Of a stretch of DNA of 64,000 bases, positions 21,701-32,695 are shown piece after piece. The notes beneath the pieces were generated by a model. The model was not told where the DNA came from, did no database searches, and saw only the letters and a program-made list of their open reading frames with translations. Origin of the DNA: Stegastes partitus (taxonomy: Eukaryota); NCBI RefSeq assembly GCF_000690725.1, contig NW_007579125.1:119456-183455 (forward strand), read 5' to 3'. The position numbers and the translations under genes were made by a program. Position 1 is the first letter of the stretch; the number at the start of each line of letters is the position of its first letter.

Positions 21701-24700
21701 AAATGGTGTGTGTGGACAGCTCTGGGCCAATGAACATTTTGGCTGAACGACTTCTCAAAGGTACACACAAACTATTTTACTAGTTTATTTTAAAGTCAAG
21801 CACAGTATTTAATTTAAAAAAAACTGAGCATTTGTGCGTTTATTGTTGCGCAGGTGATGATGAAAGAGCCGAACCTCACTTCAAGCAAGTCTATTTCAGA
21901 CAGTTTCTCCCTGTCTCTCCTAAGGTAAGGCCCCCGAAATACATTCTGCATTCACTGTAAGAAAGTTACAGGTCCTTCAAAACATACTTTGTGTTATAAC
22001 CTTTAATTCTGAGTCATAAATGAGATGAAAACAGAGACATTTCTGGTCTTAAAGTCACATGGAAAAAGTTGGTTCGTGGATAGTTTGTCCACAATCATTA
22101 TTATCGAGATGCATTTAAGTAATATGTAAGAAAGCTTCAAACACACATTTAGGTTTTCATACCTCCAATAGATTATTAATAAAATAAAAGTGTAGGGCAC
22201 TGAGGCTAGAAAGACACACAGAGCAAAATAAAGTCAAAACATTAATGAGAATATTAGCATTACATGCAGTTAAAAGTAGCTCCAAAAAGTGGGGCAAGGT
22301 GACAGAAACATAGTGATTCTAATGGATTGTCTCCTCATACTTTTGCAGTGATGTTGCCAACTTTGCAGATAATCCTAAGGATGAGAAATTGTGACCTGTC
22401 TGTTTCATTTTTATAGGTGCAGTTTGACTTGGTAGTCGCAGCTTTCACCCTGTCTGAGCTTCCTAATGGGAAAGATCGAGAAGACGCAGCATTCACACTG
22501 TGGAGAAAGACGAGCTCGTATCTGGTTGGTTAAAACAACGATAAAACTCACAGATGGTGCACATTTGTGTGTTCTGTTGCTCACTGGACTACTGGAAGAT
22601 TTTAATTTATAGTAAAATATATTATGTAGGGCTGCAAGGTGGCGCAGTGGGTAGCACTGTTGCCTCGCAGCAAGAAGGTCGCCAGTTCGCGTCCCAGTGA
22701 GGACACCCAGGATCTTTCTGTGTGGAGTTTGCATGTTCTCCCCGTGCAGCGCGGGTTCTCTCTGGGTTCTCCGGCTTCCTCCCACACAGTCCACAAACAT
22801 GTTGAGGTTAATTGGTGATTCTAAATTGTCCGTAGGTGTGAATGTGAGTGTGCTTGGTTGTCTGTCTCTAAGTGTAGCCCTGTGATAGACTGGTTACCTG
22901 TCCAGGGTGTCCCCTGCCTTCACCCTAAGTCAGCTGGAATAGACTCCAGCCCCCCATGACCCTAGTGAGGATTAAGCGGTGTATAGATAATGGATGGATA
23001 TTATGTAAGTGGTAGTCCTGATAATGTTTTTCACATTTTATGTTGTAGGTGCTGGTGGAAAACGGGACCAAAGAAGGCCACCAGACGCTTATGGAGGCCA
23101 GAGACACTTTATTAAATGTACTCAAATACAGTAAAGAAGATTTAACACGTGCAAGATGCTGTTGTGTAAATAATTGACGCAGTTAATCAAACTAAAATGA
23201 CATTTCTTTAACTCCAGAAAGAAGAGAAGACTATCCACGACTTCAGACCTGCGTCAGTTTTTGCGCCGGTACGTTTAACTCACAGCTGGTTTAAATCATA
23301 CCATACACTCAGCCAACAGTCTTATTGCATCTCCTCCCTATTGTTGTGTTTTTTTTCCCCCCAGTGCTCTCATGAACTCATGTGTCCTAAACTGGCCCGA
23401 GAGCCCATCACACCCTGCAACTTCCAGCAGATGTACCATCCTCTGTCTCTGCCTGGGGTAACAGTCAGCTCCTACTTACATCTGTCGACTGAATTCTTCT
23501 TAAAACAGTGAAAAAAAAAAAAAGGATAAAAGTTCATTCTTAACCCTGGAAATAATAGTTTAAACAGAATGAACGCTTTTTAGCAGTGAAATATTTGTCA
23601 AGTCAGACTGTAAACAAAAATACTTCTTACATTTGCAAACAAAGTCCCAATCAGCCACATAGTTTCCTTCCAGAAACAGAGTTTCTTATATACAGTCATT
23701 CAGAAAAACTACTCTTCAGATTAAGTCACTGAAACAAGCTGTTTAATTGCTTGTAGCTTTATAACTTTATTTTCTGCGCCTTCTTGTGTTTTTGTCAATA
23801 AATTAGTGCAAAGCCGCTTCTGTAGGTGGCGCTGTTTTCTTTATTTTCCCAGCTCCTGTGTCATCACAGCTCAAGCTGACGTTTCTGTGTTTAAAACTAG
23901 TTTTTAAAAAGTTAAAGTCAAAAGTCAAAGCAAACTTTTTTGTCAATATCTCTACATGTGCACAACATACAGAGAAATTGAAATGCTGTTTCTCGAAGTC
24001 CCGTAGTGTACAGAAAGCAAAAATATAAATATATATAAAGAATACAAATATAAATACAGTGCAAATGCTGCAGGTGTGCAAAATAGTATCTGTGTCAGCA
24101 CACTGGGATCAGCGTGCTTGTGAGCATTTTAAACTCTTTACTGTTTAAATCACCACAATTACAAGGCAGAAGTTAGAATATACAAGCAAACTGAAAACGT
24201 TTCTATTTCATAACAGATAAAGAACAGCAATCATAGCATGGAGAAGTTCAGCTACCTGATTCTGAGTCGGACGGAACCAGTGGAAGCAGAAGGAGTGACC
24301 TGGGCGAGGCTGACCGCTCCGGTGCTGCGCAGATCCAGACATGTTCACTGTCACATGTGCTGCCCCGACGGACAACTGCAACACAAGGTGGTGACGGCAC
24401 GAAAGCACAGCAGGTAAACGTCCTGCAGCGCACAAACGCATCTCATTATTTTCTTGTAGAAAAAAACAGTGATGAAGTGAGGACTGCAGCATTGCCTCAT
24501 TCAGTGGCTTTAATAACTTCTTCTTTGAAGTTGCTTTGCATTTTTTTGTCATTGCTTTGTGTCTGCGTGTAGTTATTTGTGTCTCTGCGGTTGTTTTGCA
24601 TCTCTTTGTAGTGGTTTTGCATCTCCGTGAAGTTGCTTTTGTGTTTTTGTAGTTGTTTGTAGCTGTTTATCGTTGTTTCGTGTCTAGATGTAGTTACTTG

Positions 24701-26954
24701 TAGCTGTATTTTGTGCCTCTTTGTAGTTGTTTCATGCCTCTTTGTCATTGCTTTGATGTCTTTGTGGCTGTTTTTGTGTCCTTGTAGTTGTTTAGCATCA
24801 CTTCTGTAGCTGTTTTGTGCCTCTTTGTAGTTGTTTTGCATCTCTCTGTAGCTGTTTTTGTATCTATTTGTTCTTGTTTTTACATCCACATATAGTTGTT
24901 TTGTGTCTTTTTACGCTTGTTTTTGTTCATCAGGCTCTGAGATTCAGGTAGTGATATAATGCTACCAAATACAGGTTTCAGCTGAACATAGCACTAATTT
25001 AATAAAATGCAATAAAATAAAATATACTTTATTATCCCAGACCTGGGAAATTAAAAACAGCAGCATCCAAAATCCTAGAAATAATTATTTAGAATTCTAT
25101 AGAATCATTGAAAATTCTATAGAATAATTTTGAATTCTATAGAATTATTTAAATTTCTATGGAATTATTTAGAATTCTATAGAATTTTTTAGAATTCTAT
25201 AGAATGAAAAATACTTTATTTATCCCAGACCTGGGAAATTAAAAACAGCAGCATCCAGAATCCTAGAATTAATTATTTAGAATTCTATAGAATCCTTGAA
25301 AATTCTATAGAATCATTTAGAATTCTATAGAATTTTCATGGATTCTATAGAATTTTTTTAGAATTCTACAGAATCTTTTAGAATTCTATAGAATTATTTA
25401 AAATTCTATGGAATTATTTAGAATTCTATAGAATTTTTAGAATTCTATAGAATTGTTTAGAATTCCATAGAATCCTTGAAATTCTATAGAATCATTTAGA
25501 GTTCTATAGAATTTTTCAGAATCCTTGGTGCAGCGCCGCTCTTTAACGCTAACGTGCCAGCATTACACCATCTCTCATTCACACACATGGCGAGTCCCCA
25601 GCCTTTCTTCTTACTGCTGGTGAAATCCGTCCAAAGTTACGAGCAAGTCCAGAGTGAGTTCATTTAGCCATGACTCCATGAACTACATACGGCTGCACTC
25701 CCATTACTCCCACTGCAACCGGGTCAGCGCTGTTAGCTGTTAGCTCTTAGCTCTTCCATCTGTTAGGGAGAGACCTCATGTTTCTATGATGATGGATGGA
25801 CAGATGACTTGTAGCGTCTCCTCCTCTCCCGAGGCTTCAGTCTTGCCCTGCATCCGTTCTTCCTCCTGCGGAGCTCATCGGGGATGTCCGATCTCTCCCA
25901 CGGCGGTGGCTTGGCCTGGCTCAGCGCCAACAGCTGTTGATGAGTGTAACAACAATAGAGCCATGGCTCGGTGGCTCAACGGCTCACAGGCTCACCAGAC
26001 GCAGACCCCAAAAACTCACAAAAACAAGCAAAGAACAGACAAACAAAAACGTAATCTGCATCTCCTATATTCCCGCACAAATGTGGTACAGCTGTGTGAA
26101 ATTAAAATATTAAAGATAGAAGAAAAGTCAAAGTAAATAGCTAAAACACAGAAAGCAGGTAGGAGCCGCTGCAACTGGCTGCCACTCTCACAGCGCCATA
26201 GCATTTTTAATTTTAATGGACTCATTTAAAGCTTTTTTCCCCCAATATTACGCAGTGCTGACTATTTAGTTATTTTCAAAAATGCAAGCCACATTTACAT
26301 TTTCACATTTTTTGTTGTTTCAAAATATTTTAAGATATTAGGGATAGAATATTGCAATTTTTCCAAGTCAAGGTGAGATTCCAAAGTAAAGATAAATAGC
26401 CCCAGGAGTACCTTGCATTTTAGTAAAATAAAATATTGTATTCAGGCTTTACCAAACTCCAGTTGTTTTTGTACAGTATTTAACCAGCTAACGTGAGGAA
26501 ACTTGCATTAAAAACCATTTATAGGCAGCCATTTGTCATGAAGAAATATTACTGGCTTTCATTATGTGGCAGATTAATATTCATAAATTTAAAAAAAATG
26601 TGTTCAAGTAAATGCTCTTATTCTGGTGATAATTAAGAATGTGCTGATTAAATTTGATTCAGTTTACTAGTAAAAAATAAAAACAACAAACAATAATAGG
26701 GTACGACAAGATTTCAAGTAGACTTAGATTCAAATCCAGCCTTTACTATCTGATCGTGTCTCTGAACAGTGGAGAAATTGGGACACCATTTGTTTATTAG
26801 CTTTTATGTGACTTTTCTAGATTTTCCTGTTAACTGTGTGTCATTTTCCCGAATCAGAGACGTGTACCGCTGCGCTCGGAGCAGCGACTGGGGAGATCAA
26901 GTGCCCATCATTCCGACAGTCGAAGAAGACGTCACCAGTGATTCAGAGGGATGA
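18662..26954 (+). CDS. mettl17: methyltransferase-like protein 17, mitochondrial (mettl17): gene span, 14 coding exons, 461 aa
   Basis: Exons translate to a protein colinear with human METTL17 as recalled from memory. Matching segments include [126 protein letters not shown] and [13 protein letters not shown]. The N-terminus [23 protein letters not shown] looks like a mitochondrial presequence. Confidence 0.85.
20112..20253 (+). CDS. mettl17: mettl17 exon 2
   Basis: Acceptor ctctcag|. Encodes [47 protein letters not shown]. Donor gtaagc. Confidence 0.7.
20394..20537 (+). mobile_element. SINE 3' fragment (same family) in mettl17 intron 2
   Basis: gaggctaattgatgattctaaattgtctgtaggagtgaatgtgagtgcttggttgtctgtctctaagtgtagccct...gaccctagtgagaattaaacgatgtatagataatggatggatgg. 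Confidence 0.7.
20566..20715 (+). CDS. mettl17: mettl17 exon 3
   Basis: Encodes (R)[49 protein letters not shown]. Donor gtgggt. Confidence 0.7.
20806..20893 (+). CDS. mettl17: mettl17 exon 4
   Basis: Encodes (D)[28 protein letters not shown]. Donor gtaacg. Confidence 0.7.
21250..21331 (+). CDS. mettl17: mettl17 exon 5
   Basis: Encodes (K)[27 protein letters not shown]. Donor gtaacg. Confidence 0.8.
21496..21569 (+). CDS. mettl17: mettl17 exon 6
   Basis: Encodes [24 protein letters not shown](W). Donor gttagt. Confidence 0.8.
21666..21760 (+). CDS. mettl17: mettl17 exon 7
   Basis: Encodes (W)[31 protein letters not shown]. Donor gtacac. Confidence 0.8.
21854..21924 (+). CDS. mettl17: mettl17 exon 8
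   Basis: Encodes (G)[23 protein letters not shown]. Donor gtaagg. Confidence 0.8.
22417..22524 (+). CDS. mettl17: mettl17 exon 9
   Basis: Encodes [36 protein letters not shown]. Donor gttggt. Confidence 0.8.
22628..22997 (+). mobile_element. tRNA-derived teleost SINE, near-full copy, in mettl17 intron 9
   Basis: tRNA-like head ggctgcaaggtggcgcagtgggtagcactgttgcctcgcagcaagaaggtcgccagttcgcgtccc. Conserved body ...gtggagtttgcatgttctccccgtg...taattggtgattctaaattgtccgtaggtgtgaatg...ccctgtgatagactggttacctgtccagggtgtcccc...gctggaatagactccagc...ccctagtgaggattaagcggtgtatagataatggatgg. Confidence 0.8.
23049..23117 (+). CDS. mettl17: mettl17 exon 10
   Basis: Encodes [23 protein letters not shown]. 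The donor gtactc is weak but is the only one that preserves frame with exon 11. Confidence 0.65.
23218..23268 (+). CDS. mettl17: mettl17 exon 11
   Basis: Encodes [17 protein letters not shown]. Donor gtacgt. Confidence 0.75.
23365..23457 (+). CDS. mettl17: mettl17 exon 12
   Basis: Acceptor ttttttccccccag|. Encodes [31 protein letters not shown]. Donor gtaaca. Confidence 0.75.
24217..24413 (+). CDS. mettl17: mettl17 exon 13
   Basis: Encodes [65 protein letters not shown](R). Donor gtaaac. Confidence 0.8.
24497..24920. repeat. minisatellite, roughly 20-40 bp degenerate units (gtagttgttttgcatctctt-like), about 11 or more copies, in the last mettl17 intron
   Basis: Repeated ctttgtagttgttttgcatctct / ctttgtagctgtttttgtgtct units. 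It gives long spurious ORFs on both strands (24497..24889 minus, QNxYKEMQ-repeats). Confidence 0.8.
25015..25530. repeat. minisatellite with palindromic core (agaattctatagaatt), arranged in a higher-order repeat of about 185 bp
   Basis: About 22 copies of tagaattctatagaat(t/c)att. The flanking unit aatactttattatcccagacctgggaaattaaaaacagcagcatcca(a/g)aatcctagaa is duplicated at about 25020 and about 25205. Confidence 0.8.
26858..26954 (+). CDS. mettl17: mettl17 exon 14 (terminal, stop TGA 26952-26954)
   Basis: ORF-track ORF 26769..26954. Encodes (R)[31 protein letters not shown]. Confidence 0.8.
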
Positions 26955-27127
26955 TTCAGCCATTATGATACAATCTCTGGACTTTAGAAACAGCGGAAAC
27001 ACCCTGAAGCTGCTGGTTACACATAACATCTACATTTCCTCACTGTAGCTGTTAAAATACTGACTCATATATATGTGAAGCTGCTGTCATAGCTGTACTT
27101 CACCCATCTTTATTGTGTCCCACCTTC

Positions 27128-27133
27128 AATAAA
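27128..27133 (+). terminator. mettl17: mettl17 polyadenylation signal AATAAA
   Basis: AATAAA about 175 nt after the stop, followed by a T-rich stretch. Confidence 0.45.
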
Positions 27134-28762
27134 AGGCTGTTTATTCTTTCATAAGCACCATAGACTGAAACGTGAGCTTTTTTTTTTTTTTTTAAAGTTC
27201 CCAGCTAGACACTGAAATTTCCTCCTGCATGTTTCAGTGCACCGAGTTAAAATTCAGACTATTATGTTTCTTACTGAGAGAATCCCGTTGAACCTAATGA
27301 TGATTTGCAGTCACATAGGCCTTCAGTGATGCAGTTGTAAGGACAGCTACACTGCAGTGGATGTAGTGGTCAAAGAATGTGAAGATTCAGTGGTTTAAGT
27401 GTTCAGATATGTTATCTTGTGTCCGGTGGAGCTGCGAGGTTAACGGATCTGATTGTTGATTAATTATTTAAGTCACTTTTCAAGCTTCTCAGTGGTTTCT
27501 TGTGCGAGTCAACTGTTGACAGCATCACCTCAGGCTCTGTAAAACTGTGATGGGCATGTTTCACCCTTTTGTCTCAGATAAAGAGTTAATTGAGATAATA
27601 ATCTACAGAATCATTCATAATCCAGGCTTCACACTTCACACCTGACATCTGACAGCATTTTCTTCTGCATCTCTGCTCACATTAGAGTTTGTGTGAAAGG
27701 AAAAAGCTCTGCCCAACGCCTTTGATATGAGCATGTATGTCTTGGCACGACATGTATCAAGTCCCAGTGCATCCTTAATGGACAAAAGTTACTGATATTT
27801 AGAGCTGTCTGTTATAAGAACCGTTTTTTTTCACAGGTATGTTTGAGTTTTGTACTTTTTGTCACTCAACACTCAACACTCAACAACAACCGAATCAACA
27901 GTTCAATGCATTTGTGCATTTGTTTTTTTCAAAATAAAAGCCAAAATCTAATGATACAAATCGAGATCAGAGTTAAAAGCAAGGTTCAGAAGGGAAGCCT
28001 ATAAATAATTGAGGGTTAACACTTTGGTGTTGAAGCCACTGTGGAACTGAGAAAACAGAAAAGTGGAGTCCAGGGACGTAAACAGGTCAAGTAACCACCA
28101 GCAAAGGACTCCATGATTAACACCAGTTTGTAGAATTCGTGGGAGGTTTGTCATTTATCTGGGACTTAAAAATATTCTTCCTTTAGCATATCCAAGACTC
28201 TTACAGTCTGTCAGAACCAGCATCAATGATTGCATCTTGAATTATATGACCCAGAAGAAAATATATCTGCAAAACCATACTGGATATTTTTCACATATCC
28301 TGCAAAATATTCACCAGTTTTGTTGTATTTTATGACAAGAAGTGACAGAATAGGTGTTGGTCCCTGCTGACATTTTACGCCTCAGGCACAGAGGGGAAAA
28401 GTGCATTTTATATCATCGCAGGATTTTAAGCTGCAGCATCACACACTGATGTCATCGTTGTGTTGTTGCATCTCACGTCCCATTCATCTTCATCAGTGTT
28501 TGTACGGAGTTCATGCGCTGCAACATCCTGCATGTTTAACACCTCAGTTTGGCATAAGACATTCTAGAAACGAGTTATGAACTTGTTTAGAGCTATTTGA
28601 ATGCAAAACCCTTATAGACCCTCAGAAACTTGATTTAAATTGTCAGTTTTTAAAATCCGGATTTAGAAATGGGTTTTATGTGATGTGAGAAACATCAGCA
28701 GGCCTCAAATCTGAAGAATGTGCATGAAAGTTTACTCACTTATGATCCTTATGCGCTTATAT

Positions 28763-28768
28763 TTATTT
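28763..28768 (-). terminator. sdr39u1: sdr39u1 polyadenylation signal (AATAAA on minus)
   Basis: TTTATT on the plus strand, about 50 nt downstream (minus sense) of the stop at 28816. Confidence 0.4.
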
Positions 28769-28815
28769 TATTTCTTGGAACACAGTAAATACGACACACA
28801 CTCCTTCAATATTTG

Positions 28816-29243
28816 TTAGCTCCCAACAATCTGCTTCAGCGCTGAGGTCAAGTCTGGGTACTTGTACTGAAATCCAGACTCTAAAGTCCTCTGTGGGATG
28901 ACTTTTTGGCCTTGAGTGAGGACCACGGCCCTCTCAGAGCCCATCAGGGTGTTCATGACGAAGCCAGGCACGGGAAAAATGGTGGGCCGCCTCAGGACCC
29001 GGCCCAGTTCTTTAGTGAACTCGTAGTTGGTGTTGAGCGCAGGTGCGACTCCGTTCAACACTTGCGGTGAAGGGGAGGCAGCGTCGGCAGCGGGCTCCAG
29101 CGCCTGGGCGATGATTCCTGCCAGGTCCGAGACGTGGATCCAGGGGAACGGCTGACTCCCGGACCCCAGGGTGCCACCGAGGCCGAGCCAGAAGGGCAGC
29201 AGCATTTGCTTCATGGCGCCACCATCTCGACCCAACACCGCTC
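28816..29243 (-). CDS. sdr39u1: sdr39u1 exon 5 (terminal)
   Basis: ORF-track ORF 28816..29280. Acceptor ttctccag|. Encodes AVLGRDGGAMKQMLLPFWLGLGGTLGSGSQPFPWIHVSDLAGIIAQALEPAADAASPSPQVLNGVAPALNTNYEFTKELGRVLRRPTIFPVPGFVMNTLMGSERAVVLTQGQKVIPQRTLESGFQYKYPDLTSALKQIVGS*. Confidence 0.85.
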
Positions 29244-32200
29244 CTGGAGAACGGAGGTAGGAGGACATAGGATGTAGCACAGAGCTTTTTCACTGCAGAG
29301 AAGGTACAGGAGTGTTTATGATGGCTGCATTCCTTTTGTATATTCTGGTTCGCTGTCGAGGCTCACTGAACACTTAATGGAACTAAGCCATCATTAATTA
29401 CACTCGGTCCTTTTCCTGCTGTGACAAGTTAAAATATTTGCTGTGAGAAGCGTCTAATAAGGGAAGATTTAAGTTCAAATGAAGGTAAAACTGAAACTAA
29501 AAACAAACACTTGCTAACAACAAGATGTTACAGATACATGTGTGCTAAAATATATTCTCAGTCCTGGAGACAAATAGAAAAGTAGTGAGACCCGACCTCT
29601 TCAGTGTCAAAACGACTACGAGGGTCCATATTTCTTATTGTTAAATTAGCTTGGCTGCTTTGTTTTGTTGCTCTGACGCAGCCATAAAACACAATTAAAT
29701 GTTATTATAATGCACATATAAATATATTTTTTCAAAAATCTATTTTCCTGTACAACCTTCAAGTTGCTCTTTAAAATTTAGAAACAATGCTCCCATATTT
29801 TTCACCATTTTTTTAACTAACTTGTCAACATTACACTGTTCTGCCATTTCAAAGCATTTCTTCCAGCCACCTTTGCTGCCAGGTTTTAAACAAATTTTTA
29901 GTCCTTCTGTACAGATTCAAGTCATTTTTAAGCCCCATAGGACACGTTTGAGCCATTTTAGACAATTGTTGAGGGATTCTGGACACGTTCCAAGTCATTA
30001 TTGGTAATAATATTAGTTGTGTTAGTATTAAAACTTTCCCAGTTTTGTTTAATTACAGATGACATCTAGTAAAAGATATGTGCAAGTTGCCCTTTAACAT
30101 TTAGAAGCAGTGCATCAACTGAATTAACATACGGGTAAGTGTATATGCAAGTTTGAGGTATTTCTAAGTGAATACTGTACGTAGCGCGTGTGTAATATTT
30201 TCGTTTTGTTTTTTTGTCTGGTGTTAATAACTTGATCAATCAATCTTGACAAACCAATTTTGTTCTTTCAAAATCTTTACCTTTTTTTCTTTTTCTTTTT
30301 TTGCATCCTTTGGTGTAAAATGTTCCAAACCAGACTGGTCTATGTTTAGCATGAACAAAGTCAGGAAAAAAGCTGTCACTCTGGAGAACAAAATCCATTA
30401 AAGAAAAACCTCATGTTAATCTATTGGCTAAATGTATTTATCTGTAATCAATAGTTTGACAATAGTGACTCTCTTTAGGCTTCTCTATGCTGTAAATTTG
30501 ACCATTTTATCCTCAGAGCCTCTTCAAAAGACTGACCTGCGTTTGACTTTAGATAAGACAGGTTTAGTGCGGTTACAGAAATTAGCTTCCTGGTTGCCAA
30601 CAATAAAGTTTAATTGGGGACTACTGCTGTTCCTGTGAAAGTTGCAGGAATCCCTCAACAGCATCGGTTTAGATATTTGATGAACTTCTTTTTAAGCCAA
30701 ATTGAGAAGCTGTGGCAGAAAATTTTTAGGAGGATTGAGAGCAGAGCTACAATTCTTCACAGGATTCAGCCTGTTTGATAAACATGAGTGCAGCTTTCTG
30801 ACCCTGCAGTGGAAGCTTACTGGGACTTTAAGTTTAAGGATTTCCTACAGTCACCGTGGTTTGCACCCACCAGGCCGGATGACGACTTGTTTGGTTGTTT
30901 TTGCCACACTCTCAGGAAGAAGCGCCGAGGCTTCCCACTCTTTGACAAGCTTTGAGAGGAGGTCAAACGGTGTCCACTCGCTGTCTTCTGTGTACTCAGC
31001 TGTCAGACTGGGTTTGTAGCAAGCTGCGGGTCAAAAAGCAAAGCAAAGAAACATGCAGCAATAAATGTCACAGTCTATTTTATCTGCAAGTTCATGTGGT
31101 CTGCCTCCCACTGGGTAGTAAATCGAAAGGTTACAGGCCTTACCTACACCTGACACAAGCACCCATGAGTGAGGCGGACTGGAGGAGGCAGCGATGGCGT
31201 TAGACAGAGCCTTTGTCGTGTCAATGCGACTGGAGAACAAATCTTTTTTGTAGCTTTCATTCCACCTGAAAAAAAAGAAGATAAAAGCAGGTAAAGATCC
31301 AGCAGCTGTATGCTAAAACAGACTAACAGCACTACTGATTCTGTACAGATAATCATTCAGTCAGTTCACGTGAAGCAATAAATTAAAACTGTTCGTGAGC
31401 AGGGGGAAATTAAGAAAATGGCCAGAAGCATGTACTTTTTTCTGGTGTGGATGTAGGTGTTCTATCATTTTATTTATGTTAAGTGTACATCAAGTGGATC
31501 AATACATATTTGGAAAAAGAAGATGTAATCCTTGGTTCTACACCCATATGTGATTGTTCTTCATCTCATTCCAAACAGATGGTGGCCCGACTGAACAGTA
31601 AAGGTAACAGAGCATTAAACTGTCTTTTATTGTATTGAATAATATTTTTGACCTTTTCCACCATTGCGTTGTTTTTTGTAAACCAAATTGTGTTTTTACA
31701 TTTTATAATCTGGTGATTTAATGACTTATCTGTTTTAGTTGCTACCTTGTGGAGCACATGATGCAAAATACTAATATTATCATTTTATTAAACATTTTAA
31801 GAATAGTATCATGTGTATCTACGGTAGACGTGCAAATTTCTAGATGACTTGATTTAACTGATTCAGCTTGTTTAGTGTGAATATTTCTCACAGTTCCTCA
31901 CCTTGTGGTTTATCATCTGACTGTCACTTCATGGTTGGTCCTGTTTGAAAACATCTGAGCTCACTAGTGCCGTTTGTTGTGGCTACCTGTATTGACTCGA
32001 GTGACTGGATGTCATTACTAACCCGGTGTGTAACAGTGATCTCTCACTGCAAACACTAGCAACCTTCTGAGTATCTGAAAATACTGCAGGTGTTTAAATT
32101 GAGAGTGACACCCTGATTGTTTTTTATTCACCATCGAAGTGGGTTCATGAGATTCTCTCCAGCCAAGTTGACGGCACTTTCACATGGTGGGAGGCCCTGG

Positions 32201-32695
32201 GACTCCAACTCACCCTGCAAAAGGATTAAAAAGAGAAAGCAGGAGTTTTAAAGTGCCACTAAATTTGGAGACAATATGACAAAAGGAACTTTCGACACAG
32301 ATATTTCATTTTTCTGGTGCATAGGAAAGGGACAAGTGTCTCCAAAAGTTGCAACTAGACTCCTGCACACTGTCTAACTTGCAAAAAAAACATTAATTAA
32401 TGCAATGTTTCTGTGCCACACTTTCATCTGGAAAATGAACTCTTAATCATCACCTCATACTAAAAGCTGTGATAAATCAGGAGCTTTTAAACTGCCCTTG
32501 ATCTCTCCATTTTAACCTCTTTTATTGCTACTCAGTATTAACTTGCTATCATACCCATGTAATCTTCCCTGGACCAGGCTGGCGAGAAATCACTGTGACC
32601 TCATGGCCTTTGTCTCTGAGCAGGCGAGTCAGCTCACGGCCCACGAAGCCGGATCCCCCTCCTACCAGGAAAACAATATGTAGAGAATTCCACAT
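28816..32695 (-). CDS. sdr39u1: epimerase family protein SDR39U1 (sdr39u1): gene span, 5 coding exons, about 308 aa
   Basis: Minus-strand exons translate to a protein colinear with human SDR39U1 as recalled from memory: VGGGSGFVGRELTRLL...HEVTVISRQPGPGKITW; AVNLAGENLMNPLR; WNESYKKDLFSSRIDTTKALSNAIAASSSPPHSWVLVSGV; YKPSLTAEYTEDSEWTPFDLLSKLVKEWEASALLPESVAKTTKQVVIRPG; AVLGRDGGAMKQMLLPFWLGLGGTLGSGSQPFPWIHV...GQKVIPQRTLESGFQYKYPDLTSALKQIVGS*. Confidence 0.8.
30871..31023 (-). CDS. sdr39u1: sdr39u1 exon 4
   Basis: Encodes (A)CYKPSLTAEYTEDSEWTPFDLLSKLVKEWEASALLPESVAKTTKQVVIRP(G). Donor gtgggt. Confidence 0.75.
31144..31265 (-). CDS. sdr39u1: sdr39u1 exon 3
   Basis: Acceptor ttttttttcag|. Encodes WNESYKKDLFSSRIDTTKALSNAIAASSSPPHSWVLVSGV. 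Donor gtaagg. Confidence 0.75.
32132..32214 (-). CDS. sdr39u1: sdr39u1 exon 2
   Basis: Acceptor ttttgcag|. Encodes GELESQGLPPCESAVNLAGENLMNPLR(W). Donor gtgaat. Confidence 0.7.
32555..32695 (-). CDS. sdr39u1: sdr39u1 exon 1 (candidate ATG 32695..32693)
   Basis: Encodes MWNSLHIVFLVGGGSGFVGRELTRLLRDKGHEVTVISRQPGPGKITW. Donor gtatga. The start codon choice is uncertain; human starts MRVLVGGG. Confidence 0.6.

Noticed and set aside
25015-25530. Regularly spaced palindromic repeats that could be mistaken for a CRISPR array
   Set aside because: This is a eukaryotic genome. The units are contiguous, with no unique spacers and no cas genes. It is a minisatellite.
30871-31023. Apparent 1-bp frameshift (extra C in gaccctcc) in sdr39u1 exon 4 that would have made it a pseudogene
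   Set aside because: Re-reading the printed lines showed I had dropped a base when transcribing. The plus-strand ORF 30702..31019 in the ORF track fixes the register, and the exon then translates cleanly as YKPSLTAEYTEDSEWTPFDLLSKLVKEWEAS... with no frameshift.
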